DNA of 64,000 nt from Lytechinus pictus (Eukaryota), in contig NC_087250.1 of assembly GCF_037042905.1 (NCBI RefSeq), forward strand, positions 12,960,001 to 13,024,000, given 5' to 3'. Under the pieces are notes generated by a model that worked only from the letters and a program-made list of their open reading frames with translations, was not told the origin of the DNA and did not search any database. The position numbers were made by a program, and so were the translations under genes. Position 1 is the stretch's first letter. Every line of letters starts with the position of its first letter. Of the stretch, positions 33,742 through 48,495 are shown piece after piece.

Positions 33742-35967
33742 CCCAGGGAACAATACAGCGTTGGACCAACGTTGGATCAACGTTGGGAATTTTTTTCCCA
33801 ACGTTGCCTCAACGTTGGCAGGCCAAGGTTGCATCATCGATAGAAGTGCACGCGCATACATCGTCAGACCAACAACATTTCCAACGTCAGTTCAACGTTG
33901 TCCACCATCAATGCTCCAACGTTGGTATAATGTCGGCTGAGTCATCAATAACAGCGTTGCTGCAACGTTGATGGGCAACGTTGAAGCAGCGATGGACGTG
34001 CATTTGCATACATCGTCAGTCCAACTATGTTAACAACGTTGGTTCAACGCTGTCCAGCAACAATGCTCCAACGTTGTCTGGCAACATTGCTCCAACATTG
34101 TTACAACGTTGTCACAACGTTGCTCCAACATTGCTCCAACGTTATTCTAACGTATGGCAGTAATTAACAAAACATTAATTGGTCTCAAGGTGAAGACCAC
34201 CATTACAACTCTACACTCTAATCTTTATCATCATGTCTTATCCTATCCTAAAATCCTACATCCTAATCCTATATCCTATTCCTATCATCCTACACATATC
34301 CACTGTATCCTGTCATTGACTCCTATATATAGAGCAACTTTGCTATACTTGGCAGAATACAGTTAATATCATTTTCCACACTTAACCTTGAATATTTAAC
34401 TTAGAATAATATGTTTTGATTATAAATGATATGGTAATGGAGCCACATACTTTTCTGAAACTTTTCATGGTGGAAATATTGAATAAACATAAATACTCTA
34501 ATTATTATAGCAATATTACCTAAAATTTTGGTCATTTACTGATGTAATGAATATTCATGAGTGCATAATCATTGTCCAGATGAGGCAGGTATGGCAGCGT
34601 TGGTCCAAAGTTGGTCCAACGTTGGGTGACGTTGATCCAACGTTGGTATAATGTTGGTCCAATGTTGATTGTTGATGGAAAGTTGATTCAACTTTAGTCC
34701 AATGTTAGTCCAACGTTGGCGTAAACGTTGATTCAATGTTTGTCTAATATCGGTTAAATGCTGTTGTAACGTTGATTCTTTGTTGGTCTGATTTTAAACA
34801 AATCCAACGATGCGCCATCTCCATCAAACAGTTTTCAACACTGTGCCATCATCATCTGTAACCTGTTCATGATTCTATCAAAAAACATTACAACTATTAT
34901 TACAGCTATTCATTTCTTTTCATTCTTTCTGTTACAAGTCTCTTCACATAATTAAGAGGAATCAAGAGAATTACGTGTGATATTTATTGAGGCCTTTGTA
35001 GCATTCAAACTTTTTTGACATCCTCTTTTTCTCAAACAAGACTAATACCAAAAAACATATGCATATGTAATAAGAATTAAGATGTATTACATTTTCTTGC
35101 GAGTTGCAATCTCTGTTTCTGTCTACAATTGTTTAATGACTCGGTATATGCAATGCCAATTGCAACGTCAGTAATCAGCACAAAAACTCACATGTGTAAT
35201 TGCAGTCTCTCAGTATTTACAAAATCTAAAAAGGAGGTCGCGTAACTTGGCCTCACTCAGAGTAACGTAGCTACTGCCTACTGTAACTAAAGAGTGCCTC
35301 TTTTTGATTAAGATAAAAGTCAACTGATATCTCAATATGCATGGCCATGGCATAGTCTCGCTCGTGCCATAACTATTAAATGATATTTCAGCGTCAAGTG
35401 TAGCATGCCTCACATAGCAACTACAGGTTTGACTGCAGTTGGAAAACACTCGGTCCAGGCTAGGCCAGGCAGGACCGACCAAGTCAATTCAAGGCAGCGT
35501 ATAATAAATAAGGCAGGGATGCCAGGTAGCAAGTCATTGGGTGATTTCAAGTACGATGTACGGTGTTGAGAGCGTGAAAGGGCTGCTGAACTGAGCTCCA
35601 ACACCAAGCGTAATATTATTTTTCATTGAAATGTATTAAAACTCTAATGATTTGCTCTCATCTTAAATGTAAAAGATAATTTTACGGAGATGGTTCGTCG
35701 TGTTCGCCCCCTGTTCGTGAGCTACAGTTCATCAACACCAACACTGAACTTTAAATCACGATTCTCCCAATCCATGGGGGCCGGTGTTGCTGAATGGGGA
35801 AATTGCTTGTAGATCATCAACACCATGCAGCCACAGTGCAGTGTTGGGTTCAGCAGATGACAATCAACACCAGCCTTCAACACAAACTGCCGGAAATACA
35901 CCATATTTTCCGAGGTCAATCTCAACACCAGCCTGAGTCAAGTACGGTGTTGTCACAACACCAACAC

Positions 35968-36587
35968 TAACCCAGGGAGCTCCGGCCCGCTCAGCGGGCC
36001 GGAGCCCAGGGGCTTACCGTGTAATTCACCATGGCCACGGTAGTAGCGTGAAGTATGGTCTAAATAATTATCCGAATAAATAGTTAAAACAGAAATTAAG
36101 CACTTACCATGATTATATGGATGAAGGTCTAACGAGTGGCAGCTTCCTGACATCGAGGCACAGACTGGAACCTCAAAAAACGAAAAGTTCTGTCGCGGTA
36201 GCTCTCCTTCTTTCAGAATTCATAGCAAAATGGCCGTTCGAGACCGGTACCGAGGGTGTAGAGCGCATGCGCGAATTTGACAAAGTCTATATGCGCTCGT
36301 GCTATTAGCCTCGGTCTCAATCGGCCATTTTGTTTTGAATTCTGAAAGAGGAGAGCTACCGCGACAGAACTTTTCGTTTTTTGAGGTTCCAGTCTGTGCC
36401 TCGATGTCAGGAAGCTGCCACTCGTTAGACCTTCATCCATATAATCGTGGTAAGTGCTTAACTTCTGTTTTAACTATTATTCGGATAATTGTTTAGACCA
36501 TACTTCACGCTACTACCGTGGGTATGGTGAATTACACGGTAAGCTCCTGCAAGGGCTCCGGCGGCCGGAGCTCCCTGGCCTGGGTTA
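35968..36587. mobile_element. 620-bp foldback element, Mutator-like (9-bp TSD)
   Basis: Near-perfect arms of about 280 bp, TAACCCAGG../..CCTGGGTTA; TSD CACCAACAC at 35959-35967 and 36588-36596. Confidence 0.88.
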
Positions 36588-39500
36588 CACCAACACCAGA
36601 TTTCAACACTGTACTTGAAAATCATCCAATGACTGTTGTCTTGCCCTTGGTATTGCATACTCGTTCCCACTCACACGTATTGCGAGGTTAGTATTAGTCA
36701 CTCACACAAGCTAATTACGAGGTTAGTTAGTATGTTATACTGTGCAGTGACTGGTGTTAAGTACTACTTTACTACTACTTCCCTTACAAAAAATTCCTGT
36801 AGTACTCTGTGATATGTACTGCAGGAAGTATCGCAGGAAAGTACTGCAGGAATTACGTGCACGTAATTTGGGACGGTACTACAGAAATGTACAACAGGAG
36901 TACAACAGGTCCGTGTCCTGTGATACTTCCTGTGGTAATAACCGCATAAGTATGGCAGGAAGTATGACAGGACACGATCACCACAACCGCTACAACCGCT
37001 ACAACCACGACCACACTACTATTAGTACTACAGGACAGTATCACAGGATAGTATCACAGGATAGTATCACATGATAGTATGACAGGACAGTATGACAGGA
37101 TAGTATGACAGGACAGTATGACAGGACAGTACTACAGGAATACCGCAGACCAGTATCACAGGGAAGTACTACAGAACAGTATCGCAGGACAGTACTACAG
37201 GAGTACCGCAGGCTTCTGGTACTGTGTCCTGTAGTACTGTCCTGTGATACTGGTCTGGTATTCCTGTAGTACTGTCCTGTGATACTGGTCTGGTATTCCT
37301 GTAGTACTGTCCTGTGATACTGGTCTGGTATTCCTGTAGTACTGTCCTGTGATACTGGTCTGGTATTCCTGTAGTACTGTCCTGTGATACTGGTCTGGTA
37401 TTCCTGTAGTACTGTCCTGTGATACTATCCTGTGGTGATAAATAGTATCACAGGACAGTATGACAGGACAGTACTTTAGGAATTCCGCAGACCAGTATCA
37501 CAGGAAAGTACTACAGAACAGTACTACAGGACAGTACTGCAGGAATACCAAGATACCTTACCGCAGGACAATTCCTGCAGTACTGTCCTGTGGTATTCCT
37601 GTGATACTGATCTTTGATATCTTCTGTGGCATTATTGGTCTCATCCTGCAGCCTTCTTGTGATACTTTACTGTGGTAATCCTGCAGGGGTATTCTTGTTG
37701 ATTTCCTGTGACAATCCTATGGTATTGTCCTGTAGTAGTCTGTGCGATTTTCTCACGACACCGTCCTGCACTGGTTTGTTAGGCGTAGTAGTTTGTAAGA
37801 ATTTCCTGTGATCCAGCACAACAACTTTGACATCTGGGCCCCGTTGCATAAAACTTTTGCCAGACTTATTTTTGCCATAGTTTTTCTATGGCAAAAACCT
37901 TAGTTTTTTGCCAGAGTTTCAAATTCGGTCAAAATTTCATGGCAAAAAAACTCTGGCAAACTTTTGCCAGAGTTTTTTAAGTTGCCAGAGTTTTTTAAGA
38001 CTGAATAAACTTGAACGAGGATGAACGCCGATATCAGCCGATATCGCGATCGGTATCTGCGGCTGCTGAAAAAATCATGGAGACTCCATAGAACGGTAAG
38101 CTTGATATTTTTTAAATGAAATGTGTTGATATTTGCTATTTTTATCATTATAAGTCGATTAATTAGTTGCAAAAATATCTGTGTATTGTTTTGAATCCGT
38201 GCTCGCACCGTGAAAGTGAGATTCACGATTTTTTTACACGTTTGAATCGTTCCATTTTTGTGTCGCAAGCGCCTGCGGGGTCTGCGTCTCGGCCATGTCT
38301 ATTGCCGCCGGAGCTTCGGCATGGTGATGTGACCGCGCTGGTCGCACTTGGTGCGCCAACAGCTGAAACCACCAACTGCATCGACACGTTTGGAAAGCTT
38401 ATTTATCGATTTATCGTATTTCTCTTGCTATGATCACACATTCTACATTATGATTAGTATCAGTAAATAAAATTTCATGTTGTTCAAATCAATTTTTCAT
38501 GTTAGAATTGAATTGAATGCAAAGCCAAAGTTGCAAACTTTGGACCACCGTCACTGTCGGTCGTTACCAAGTCAGACAAGTTGAATTGAAGTTGGTTAGA
38601 TTCTAGACCTACAACAACAGTTAGATCGAATTTTCAGATCTAACTTTAGGCATAGAATCAACATTCTTGATCTAAGTTAACTTTTTCTGAAGAAGTTGAG
38701 ACTTCAGTCAGTCAGTTTGAGGTCTCCACCGTGAGGCGTGAAGCCCCTGAGGCTGAGTGAGGTACATGTTCTATTATTAGTATTACGTAGGCCCTTAAAA
38801 AAGGTGCGTAGCTGTAGAGCTAGAGCTAGATTAATGGTTGGCGCATAGACTCTCTTGTACCAGGTGCAGATCTAGAGCCTGTGTCTTTACTTAGTACAGT
38901 ACTACAGGGCGCGATTGGCACTAGGGCCTACAGTGCAGTGCTGCGATCCAAAAATTTTGACAACTCTGAATGGTGGCTTTAATTTCTCCCTTAAAAATTT
39001 GAAATAAAATAGGGGGGGAGTCGTACCAATTGACCCCCTTTCCCTGGATCTGCTATAGGTGACCCCACATGAAATTGCGACATCATGATCATGAACAGTA
39101 CTTAGCGTAATGTGCCAAAAATTTTGAGGGGGCCTGACACTGACAATGGCGTAGGGGGCAAATCTTTTTAATAAAAACTGAGCAATCCAAAATTTTTACA
39201 TTTTTTTTAAATACAAAAAAAAAAAAAAAAACGAAATTTTTGTTATCCCCTTTATTTTGTTTTTGAAAATTTTAGAGGGTCCATAGTCTCTCCCCCCCCC
39301 AAAAAAAAAAAATGTACGCCAGTGAACGTGAATCTATACAGTGGCTAGAGATTAAAAATTGGTCTCAATTTAAAGCTTGTTATAATCCAACACTCTGTGC
39401 AATTTATTTCAATTAATTGAAATTAATGATCTGATGACCACTAAAGTAAAAATCTTGAAAATCCTTCATAAAAAAATTCTTGCAGAGAAACAAATCATAT

Positions 39501-41087
39501 ATATAATGTTATTTTGGGGCTGAATGGAGACTATGGGATTGTTGTATTGTTAGTATTTAACATGCATTACTATGTTTTTTAAGGGGCTAGAATTTTTATT
39601 TTGGTCTCAATTGCATATAACATCATTGATTATTTGTTTAAGATAAATAAAAAATGATTAAAAAATTGCAGTTTTGGAATTTGGATATTCTAAGTTCATA
39701 TAAATTTGCATATCTAAATTATGTTGAAGAAATGAACAAAATCCCTTTAGGTTATTTATCATCTGAAAGGGAATTTCAATGATCAATCCAAATATTTTTT
39801 TCCAGTTTGTACTGAGCTACTTTTTTTCTGTTAAGTTTGAATTACTGTAATAAGTTTAACAATTGGAATCAACCATCAAAATGACCTATCCTAGTAATGG
39901 TTTAATTCACCGGCACAAACATATTAGTATATTAGTAGGAACATATTAGTAGGAAGAAATTCCTTGAATGCTTTGAGCGCCTAGGCAGCCCAGCTAAAGC
40001 CGGGGTAATAATAATAGCAGGGCCCGCTGGGAGAACAGTTTTCGGAACTGAAGCGGCTTCCCTGGGTAAATATACCTGTATTATTATTATTATTATTATT
40101 CATTTGATAATTTATACTGAAAGTAATCTCAATGCAAATATTTGTGTGACTTTATCTAGTCTTAATTTGTGACTCTCTAATAGGATTATTTATTTTCTCA
40201 TTCAATATCTAACAGCTTAAATAGTTGAGGTATATACACTGGAGCAACTCAAGTGCATGTGTGACTTTTTGAGAAGAAACCACAAGGCTGTTGGTTAGCA
40301 ATCACCATGTAAAAGGGTAAGATATACAGCTTAATTTCAAATTAGCCAAAATTCTAATTGCTACCATTTTAAGTATTTATAGACAGGCTTATATTTTATG
40401 TTGGTAATCTCGATGCAAAGTTTCTCAAAGTGAAAAGAATATTTATGAAGAAGAAGTCATTACTGCCTGATAATGTCGAACATAAAGTAGTTATAAAATA
40501 CAATTTTTTAAAAAGGCTTCGTCTTCTTGAATAGAAAGAAAAAAATTGTTTCAGGCATATTTGAAATGAGTAAGAATCCTCATGTTGATTATTAAATTTA
40601 TACAACCCCCCCTCCCCCCCCAAAAAAAAAAATTAGAAAATGTACCTAATCTCACCTGGCTATGCTAGTGATTGTGTAGACCTGAATCAATAATAGTTAA
40701 GTTCATTTAATTACCTCTTGCAATTCTTTGAAAATTATTATTGATTTTGATTTTTTTTCTTTGATATGTCCATTGGAAATGATGAAATCTTATTTTCTTA
40801 CAATTACAAGTTTTGATTTAGATTTTCATGGAATAAAACTGAAAGAGTACAACACATCTTTCTTATAAATTCCTGATTTGAACTCTAGTTACATTAATAG
40901 ATTGCAATTTTAAATTTTGATAACTTACAAAGTAGATAAATAATATTAATTATATGCCATGAAATGAGATTTTTGTCAAATAAATTTAGACATTCTTGAC
41001 AAAGTGCAGAGTGTCTTTTCAATTAATATATAGCATATACCTATTTTATGATTTGTTTGTGTTTGCATTTTAAATAAAGGTTTGCAG

Positions 41088-43140
41088 AAACCAGACAGAG
41101 AGCCTGTATGGAGATGCTATTGGCTGCCCAGGTCGGACTGCCTCCAACCTGAGGCGGTCTTGGAGTGATCTAACAAAAGAGTGAATGATTATGCTAGGAA
41201 TCAGACAAAGACTGGTATGTATTTTTATTTATAAGAGTTAAGAATATATTTTATATGCATCAAGAAGAATTAAAGATCACTATCTCTTAAATTTTATTTT
41301 GTTGTAATTGTCATGCAACTAATCCAAAATATCTAGAATTTTTTTACATCCACCCATCGGAGGTGGGTCCGAGGACAGGTTTTGGGGTTGTCTGGCCATC
41401 CTGTCTTTCTTAAATTATTCTGATAAGTAAAGAACTGTTTGATTTCAAACTTTGTCCAAGAATGCATGTAGGATTGATTATACTTTAATTATTTTGAGGG
41501 TATCAAGGTCAAAGGTGGCATGCCTTGTTCACCTGAATATACATCGCTCCTGTGATAAATAAAGAACCCTTTGATGGTTCAACTTCATCTTGGCAAATAT
41601 ATATTTGGGAGTGACAATGATCAGGTTAGGTCAAATGTAAAAATTCACCAGAGATCGTTGGCAAATTTGTGTGTTTAATATTTTTATCTTTTGATGTTGC
41701 AATGGCGGATGCATAAATTTCGAAACTTACAAATGTACCCCCATGATCCTAAACGGGTTAAGGATGGATTGGTGTCACGGCTAAATACTAATTAAAAAAC
41801 AAGTATTATTCTTTGTCTATTTCAGTCATTCAGTAATTAAATTGTTGCATTTGTGGAAAACTTCATAACTGAACAGTTCTGTGTGTAGTGACTTCAAAAT
41901 TTGATATTGACAGATTCTTCTTTGGCCTAGATCCCCTGTGTTTGTGGGGGGGGGGGGGGGGGTAGGCACAGATCTGGGACAGATCTGGGGGGGGGGTACA
42001 CCCCCAAAAAAATTGTTGAAAGTACTGTGTATATATGCAAGTGATGACCAGTTTTTTTGGGGTTGTCAACATTTTCTGGACAAAAGTGCCCCTCCTTTTG
42101 GAAATTCCTGGATCTGCGCCTGGGGTGAGGCGAGTCAAAATCACCCTTCATAGTTTTTTTTTAAGATCCTTCTGCTGTGATCCCTGTTTGCATGGAGAAC
42201 ATTTATAATTGTGGCATTACTGCACTTTGTTAAATCTTTAGGTGGTAAAGTGAAGCCAAATATGGAGATTGTGCTGGCAACCATTAGGGACAAGGCCAAG
42301 CATTGGGTCCATGGCCAGGAGACAGAGACTGGGGCATCTGAGCAACTGGTTAGTTTTACATAAAAGATTTATCACACAAAGGCATAACAAAGTTGAAAAT
42401 ATATATACCTAAGGATCATTGTATTAATTTTGCTATATTCTTTCATTCATTTTCTCGAGAAATGAGCATAATTTCGATTGAAATTTGTACAAGATGGTTC
42501 TCCCTATAGAAATAGGTAAACTGGTTTACATTGTACAATGAAAAATTCAGATTTTTTAAAAGCTAGAATAATTATCCCTAACCCATAGAATTCCTATCAT
42601 TCATTTTGAATTAATTAAATCTGAATTTTAACGGCGATAGTTCTTCTTTCCTCATGAAAATTTCTGCAAGGAATAGTAAGTAGCTTCAACTACTATTGCC
42701 AGATTGAGGGATTTTCGTTCAGAGTTGGTAAATGATTTAAGATTTCCAAAATGAAATAAAAATGTTGAATCATAGTAAGTCAATAAAAAAAAATCAATGC
42801 GGAATGGTTTGAAGATGTAATTAAAGTTAAGTCAAACATTATTTTCTTGATGTGCAGCTTTCACATAAGGCAGCCTGCTTCTGGACATGGGGAAGCCAGA
42901 GGAGGAAAAGGAGGTTGAGGCGGAACCTCAAGCTGTTCCCGGGGCACCATTGACATCCAGGGTAGATGGGGTCTAGTTGATTTTTAGGACACCAAGATGA
43001 CACCCAGCATAAGAGAAGAGAAGGTGCTCTTCCTGTTATGACCAGCACACCAAGTACCAGGAGCATGGATCTGCAGCAAGTTCAGCAGGAGACGCTCAGA
43101 ATGCAGCAAGCTATGCTGCAAACATTTAAAATCATCCATG
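41088..43140 (+). pseudogene. Relic Myb/SANT-like DNA-binding partner gene of the Harbinger (exon relics at about 41088-41214, 42242-42348, 42858-43140)
   Basis: GRTASNLRRSWSDLTK/VNDYARNQTKT|GGKVKPNMEIVLATI..VHGQETETG (the splice yields KTGG), then an acidic segment and coiled-coil-like MDLQQVQQETLRMQQAMLQ; stops and frameshifts are present. Confidence 0.6.
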
Positions 43141-43619
43141 TTGATTTTTGTAATTATCCACAATTGTTTGCAGCAGTTTGTTAATGGAAATCAGTAGTAA
43201 CATTGAACAATGCAACTTCCTCTCCATTTTTTTAAAACTGGAAACCTGTTGAATATTGTTTTTAGAAAATGAAGTAAATCACCTTGAACTTTGGAAATTT
43301 CCAAAAGCATATATTTTAGCAAGTAATATGAAAATGAGTTATACCTTGGTCACATTTGGTGGCCTTACGGCAAGTCAAAATCAGTCGTTTTATGTATTAC
43401 TATACGAACCACCTACATGAAGCTGGTACAAGGATGAGTAAAATGGTTGATTTCGACTCGCCATAATGCCACCGGCGAATGTGACCTAGGCATAAGTTGT
43501 TGATGTCATTGCCTCATAATTTTGAACAAAAAGTGACAAAGACTACATTCTTCAGGATTGAGAAAGTTAAACTTGAACTTTATTCTCATCTCAGTAGATA
43601 GAAGATAATGTTATTCATT

Positions 43620-43815
43620 CAATACTGCGGTAGAATTTGAACAAATGCCTTGCAATGCAACATAAAAATTTAGGTTCTGAAATCTTGATGGGAATCCCTG
43701 TGCAAGAACAGTTTGAAAGTTTATTTATACATGTTCATATTGCAAGTCTGTTATATGATCTGTCAGCATTGTTTGTGGATCTCACACTGGTGTCATTAGC
43801 CATAGTTCCAATCTT
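43620..43815 (-). pseudogene. Relic Harbinger (HARBI1-like DDE) transposase, C-terminal part
   Basis: Minus strand, with frameshifts: WLMTPV*DPQT/NADRSYNR...SRFQNL, matching the WLMTP..YN..LKxRFxxL pattern of this family. Confidence 0.65.
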
Positions 43816-44026
43816 ACGCCATCTGCAAAACGTTTTCCAATGGTACTGTTATGTTGATTTAAAAGAAAAGGGACCTTGTCAACATTCAATCACATCTTTC
43901 AATACGCATATAAGGGTATGGGATACTGTTAGCATTGAAACTAAAATATGACTTGATAAAAATTATTTTCAATTAAATTAAAAGTATTATAATGGTTCAT
44001 AACAAGTTCTTTTGACTGTCACTCTG

Positions 44027-44560
44027 ACTGTTCTTAATAAGTGATTGCGAATAAAATTATTTGAAATGTATAATTCAATGAGAAATGAATTGTTTAAAAG
44101 AGGATAAATTGCGAGAGAAGAGATAGAAAAAGAAAGAAAGTATTAAGAAAGAGACATCTGAGTTGCGTGACTGTAATTTAATTGAAAAAAGAAAACTGTT
44201 CTTAATAAGTGATAAGTTTTTCCCTATTCTCGCTTGCAAATAAAATTGTTTTAAATGTATAATTCTATGAGAAATAAATTGTTTAAAAGAGGATAAATTG
44301 CGAGAGAAAAGATAGAAAAAAGAAAGTATTAAGAAAGAGACATCCGAGTTGTGTGACCGTAATTTAATTGAGAGAAGAAAACTGTTCTTAATAAGTGATA
44401 AGTGTTCCCCATTCTCAATTGCAAATTAAATTATTTTAAATATATAATTCAGAATTAAATTGTTTAAAAAGGAGAAAGGGAGAGAGAAGAGGAAGAAAAA
44501 GAAAGAAAGGAGAATTATTAAGAAAGAGATGTCTGATTTGTGTGACTGATATTTTAATTG
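44027..44560. repeat. Three diverged tandem units of about 170-185 bp
   Basis: ACTGTTCTTAATAAGTGAT starts at about 44027, 44195 and 44381. Confidence 0.8.
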
Positions 44561-46919
44561 ACAGTAGAAATAAAATGATTTAACCTTTAGGTTGGCGTCC
44601 GACTATAAAAATACAATTGCACCATCCCTCTTGGCCCATAAAGGAAAATATTCTTGATTGTAACATAAAATATTACCAAGAAAAACATCAAGTCTTGTTC
44701 GCCCCCCCCCCCCCCACCCATATAATTGCCACACCTTCAACACTATGGATCTATGTTTTATGAAATTGCTAATTTTGATATTTTGGAAATATTTTTAACA
44801 TTGCCAAGAAAGCAACAACAACAAAAAAAGAACCTTTTTGAAATATTATGGACAAATGTGATACAAAATGTTTTCCTCCACTTTTTCTAACAATATTATA
44901 ATGTTTTGAATAATGGCATTGAGAAGGGGGTGATGTGATTGAATTGCATGAATTTAATTATTTGTTCCTTGTCAAATAATTTGGATATACATACTTTCAT
45001 CCAATGTAAATACAATGTGTAGACCTAGGCTGTTTACCCCCCCCCCCCCTCTTCCAGAATAATCCCCCTCTTGCTATCTCTCTTTCTCTCTCTCTCTTAT
45101 TGTATGTTAGATGTTCGGGGACAGTTTCATCCCATATCATGGAGGTTATCATTAATTGAGTTTTATTCCTGGGTTTTATAAAGCAACCACAAAGAAAAAA
45201 TAAAACATCTCTCAGTTGTCCCCGTTCAGGAACTTTCGATGATGGCTAGTTTTTCTTACTTTATTACATTTTGTTCCCAGCCTTCTATCATATACATGTA
45301 CATGTAGACACAAGTGTGAAATTAAAAAGGAATCCACACAAATTTCGGGTCACTGTATTATATAGTGTAAGTTTTGATAAATATATCAGTCGGATATTTC
45401 ATTTCCCCTTTCATTTGTTTACGTGCTCGATCGTCGTCTGTCTTGGACTGGAGCAAGCCGAGCGACGGGAAAGAAAAATATAAGTTAGGTCTGTTTTGAG
45501 TGAAAGATAGACCTCCTCCGGCATGCCCCTCCTTCTCAATCATCACCCAGTTTTTATGACCTGTTAAAGAAAAATGAGACTGGCAAAGGTGAGAAATTAA
45601 GATGTCCAATGAGCGCGTCCTAATCTTACTTTGAAGTTCCAACTTATTTTTGCAAGTGTGGGACTAGGCCGTATCGACTGCTATTCAAGTTTTCCTCGTA
45701 AAATTGAACTTGCAGTACAAGTCTGTTCAATCGTTAAAATAAAGTTAGCTCATACTTCTGAGTATTTCAGTTGATTTAGGGTAGTATTTCTTGGTATGTC
45801 TCGTAGAACTTGTACATATTTGGATTTACAAAGATGGTTAAATGGTAAAAAACAGCAAAAATTGAGGCGGCTTAGGAGGTACTCCAACAACACATCGTTG
45901 CATATCGCATAGAGGTTGAACCAGCGGCCAACTCGCCAGCCGGAGGCTCTGGCGATAAAGGTCACGGTAGCAAAGAAAAAGAGCAGACTGCCTAAGTTCA
46001 AGTTCAACTTTAAAGCCTTATGTTTTGAGTAATTTAAAGTGTTTAGTCCAACTGCATCGCTCTATTCACAGCATAACTTTTCAAAAACACTATAATCATA
46101 TAGATTTACTTAAACTAGAACTAGATTCTATCTTAGAAGATTTTTATTATTGAGCTGTCACAGGGTTGATAAATTTAAAAAAATTAAACCACCAACTATT
46201 ATTCCCCCCACTTCACTTAAAATCTAGATCTTCCTAGGCCCTATTTTTACTAAATTATATGAAATTTTCTGTAATTACCTTATTGCGTAGCCTATACAAG
46301 GCTTATGTCACCCTTCTAATTATTCTTGAAGCCGTAGACAGGTGAATACTGTATATGGTACTTGGGACAGATCCTGAGCAGCTGCCTTGAAATAGTTTTG
46401 CCGGAGTTTTTAGGACTTTGCCGTTGGTACAGGAGCTACGGCAAAAAACCACTTGATTTGCCGGAGTTTTTAAAAAGTTTTGCCGTAAAAAACTCCGGCA
46501 AAGTTTTTTGCAATGGAAAACTCCGGCAATTTTTTTTTTGCCGTAGTTTCCTGATTTTTTGCCGTAAAAAACTCCGGCAAAAGTTTTATGCAACGGGGCC
46601 CTTGACTAATGAAAAGAGGCGTGAAAAAACCCACAAATTTGCAAAGACGTTAAAAGCATATTCACATACCTTTATTATGTATGAGCTGTACTATGCACAG
46701 TATAGAACATCTTTGATATCATAAATGACTGCTAGAATAATGCAGTAACATTTCATCTTTAGGATAAGACATGTACAAAGATTTATATCCATGAACATTG
46801 AGATGCCACATGAACTACTTTCACTATTCATACATTGCTGCCATTTTGAGATCACATAAAGAAAGCTAGATTCGACCCAGAATCCTTCCCTCTAACACAA
46901 CAATAAGCGATTATTATTA

Positions 46920-47093
46920 ATACCTTGGTCACATTCCTTGACCGGTTGCCTTACGGCGAGACAAAATCAGCAGTTTTAGGTATTCCTGTACAAACCACCC
47001 ACGTGTAGCTGGTAGTAGCTGGTACAAGGATGATTAAGACTGTTAATTTTGACTCGACGTAAGGCCACGAGCCGGCGAATGTAACCAAGGCTT
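46920..47093. mobile_element. Small PIF-type MITE; sister copy at about 43340-43493
   Basis: ATACCTTGGTCACATT..AATGT(A/G)ACC(A/T)AGGC at both loci, with shared internal sequence. Confidence 0.6.
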
Positions 47094-48495
47094 AACCAGT
47101 ATTATGGTTGCAAAAAAAACTGTAATAGCTGAGCAATTGCATTTTCCCCTTCTTGTCAACACCCGATTGGCTTAATACTAAAAGCAGAACATCCTTTACT
47201 CAACCATGTTATGAAACAATGGATAACCACTTCTGCATGTACAGATAATGCATGGTGCACATACAGTAAGGGATGAAATTATGATGTGTTGATCACCAGT
47301 ATAAACTTAAAGTACATGAACGTAATCATAATCACTTCATTTTGCTCAGAATTCACTTAAGTCCATAAATACTGAAAGATATTTTTGAATGAATTTCACA
47401 TGATTTAGAACGTTCACCATAGGTTAGAAAAAATATTTACATAAGATTACTTTGCCAAAACGTAGATCAAATCTATTGAGACATTAACCTTTTTGACATT
47501 GAATAGGCATATCATTTTACACAGTCTTCTTGTCTAAGAATTGCTCCAACTACGTATTGAAGGGTTATATATGAATGTAAGCATGAGCCCATCATAAACA
47601 CGAAATTGCGGCATGTAATTTGATTTGCTACATGTCATAATTGATAACTAAATGACGTTCAATACTTGATGTTGCTACATAAAATAATTAAGGTCATGTG
47701 GCAATGTGAATTCATACCTACTCGAGTCATTTAGTAATTTCAATTAGTATATGACCTAATTAATTATGACATATAGCTCAAAATTGACTTGAATAATTAT
47801 GACCAATTTGATTGACCTCAATTATTTGAAGTAGCAACATCAATTATTTAACATAAGCACTCTCAATCGAGGTGGAGTAACTCTTCTTTAGGTCATGTTA
47901 CTATTCGAATTGGAACATGTCATTGTTTAGGTCATGCAGCAATTCAAATTACTTGCTCAAGTAAACAATTACAATTGTAATATCACGCAAAATGAATTAG
48001 CTGTACATGACATAATTCTGTTCTTTGATGGGCTTATGCTTCCATATATTAAGTAAATGGCTTTAATTCTTAATGATTATCCAAAAATTCATATACATAA
48101 AATAAACCAATATGAAGAGCATCATATCCAAAGTGATCACCAGTTCACCCAATGTTACAGTACAAAAATAAAAAGCTGATTTTCTTATGTACTTTCACAC
48201 ATGTTATACATGTGCACTGTATGTCACTTGACCCTGGCAGACAATAGAATTGACAAGCAGTGAGTCCTACATGTACATGTAGCTGCCTGGTTTGCATACT
48301 TTAATGTTATATGAATTTCAATCATGGCCATGTGCTGTTTATACACTAACTGGAGGGATCTTGTCATAATGTTATGTCAATTAAAAACTGAATAAAATCC
48401 CAATTATCCTGAATAGCTAGACTAGCCCCCTTGCAATGGACATTGTAATCTTGTTTTCTTTTACCTTTCATTATTTTTGAAAATTTTCATACAAC

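Larger units (their letters stand above)
37837..46600. mobile_element. 8.8-kb PIF/Harbinger element with decayed genes
   Basis: Perfect 25-bp TIRs GGCCCCGTTGCATAAAACTTTTGCC; 3-bp flanks CTG/CTT; TTTGCC(A/G)GAGTTTT subterminal repeats; internal Myb-like and transposase relics. Confidence 0.85.

Noticed and set aside
36117..36496. Duplicated mirror-image small ORFs (MDEGLTSG.., MSGSCHSL..)
   Set aside because: A consequence of the foldback palindrome, with no coding evidence.
37220..37430. CRISPR-like regular 35-bp repeats
   Set aside because: Head-to-tail identical units with no unique spacers, no cas genes and a eukaryotic context; they are subterminal transposon repeats.
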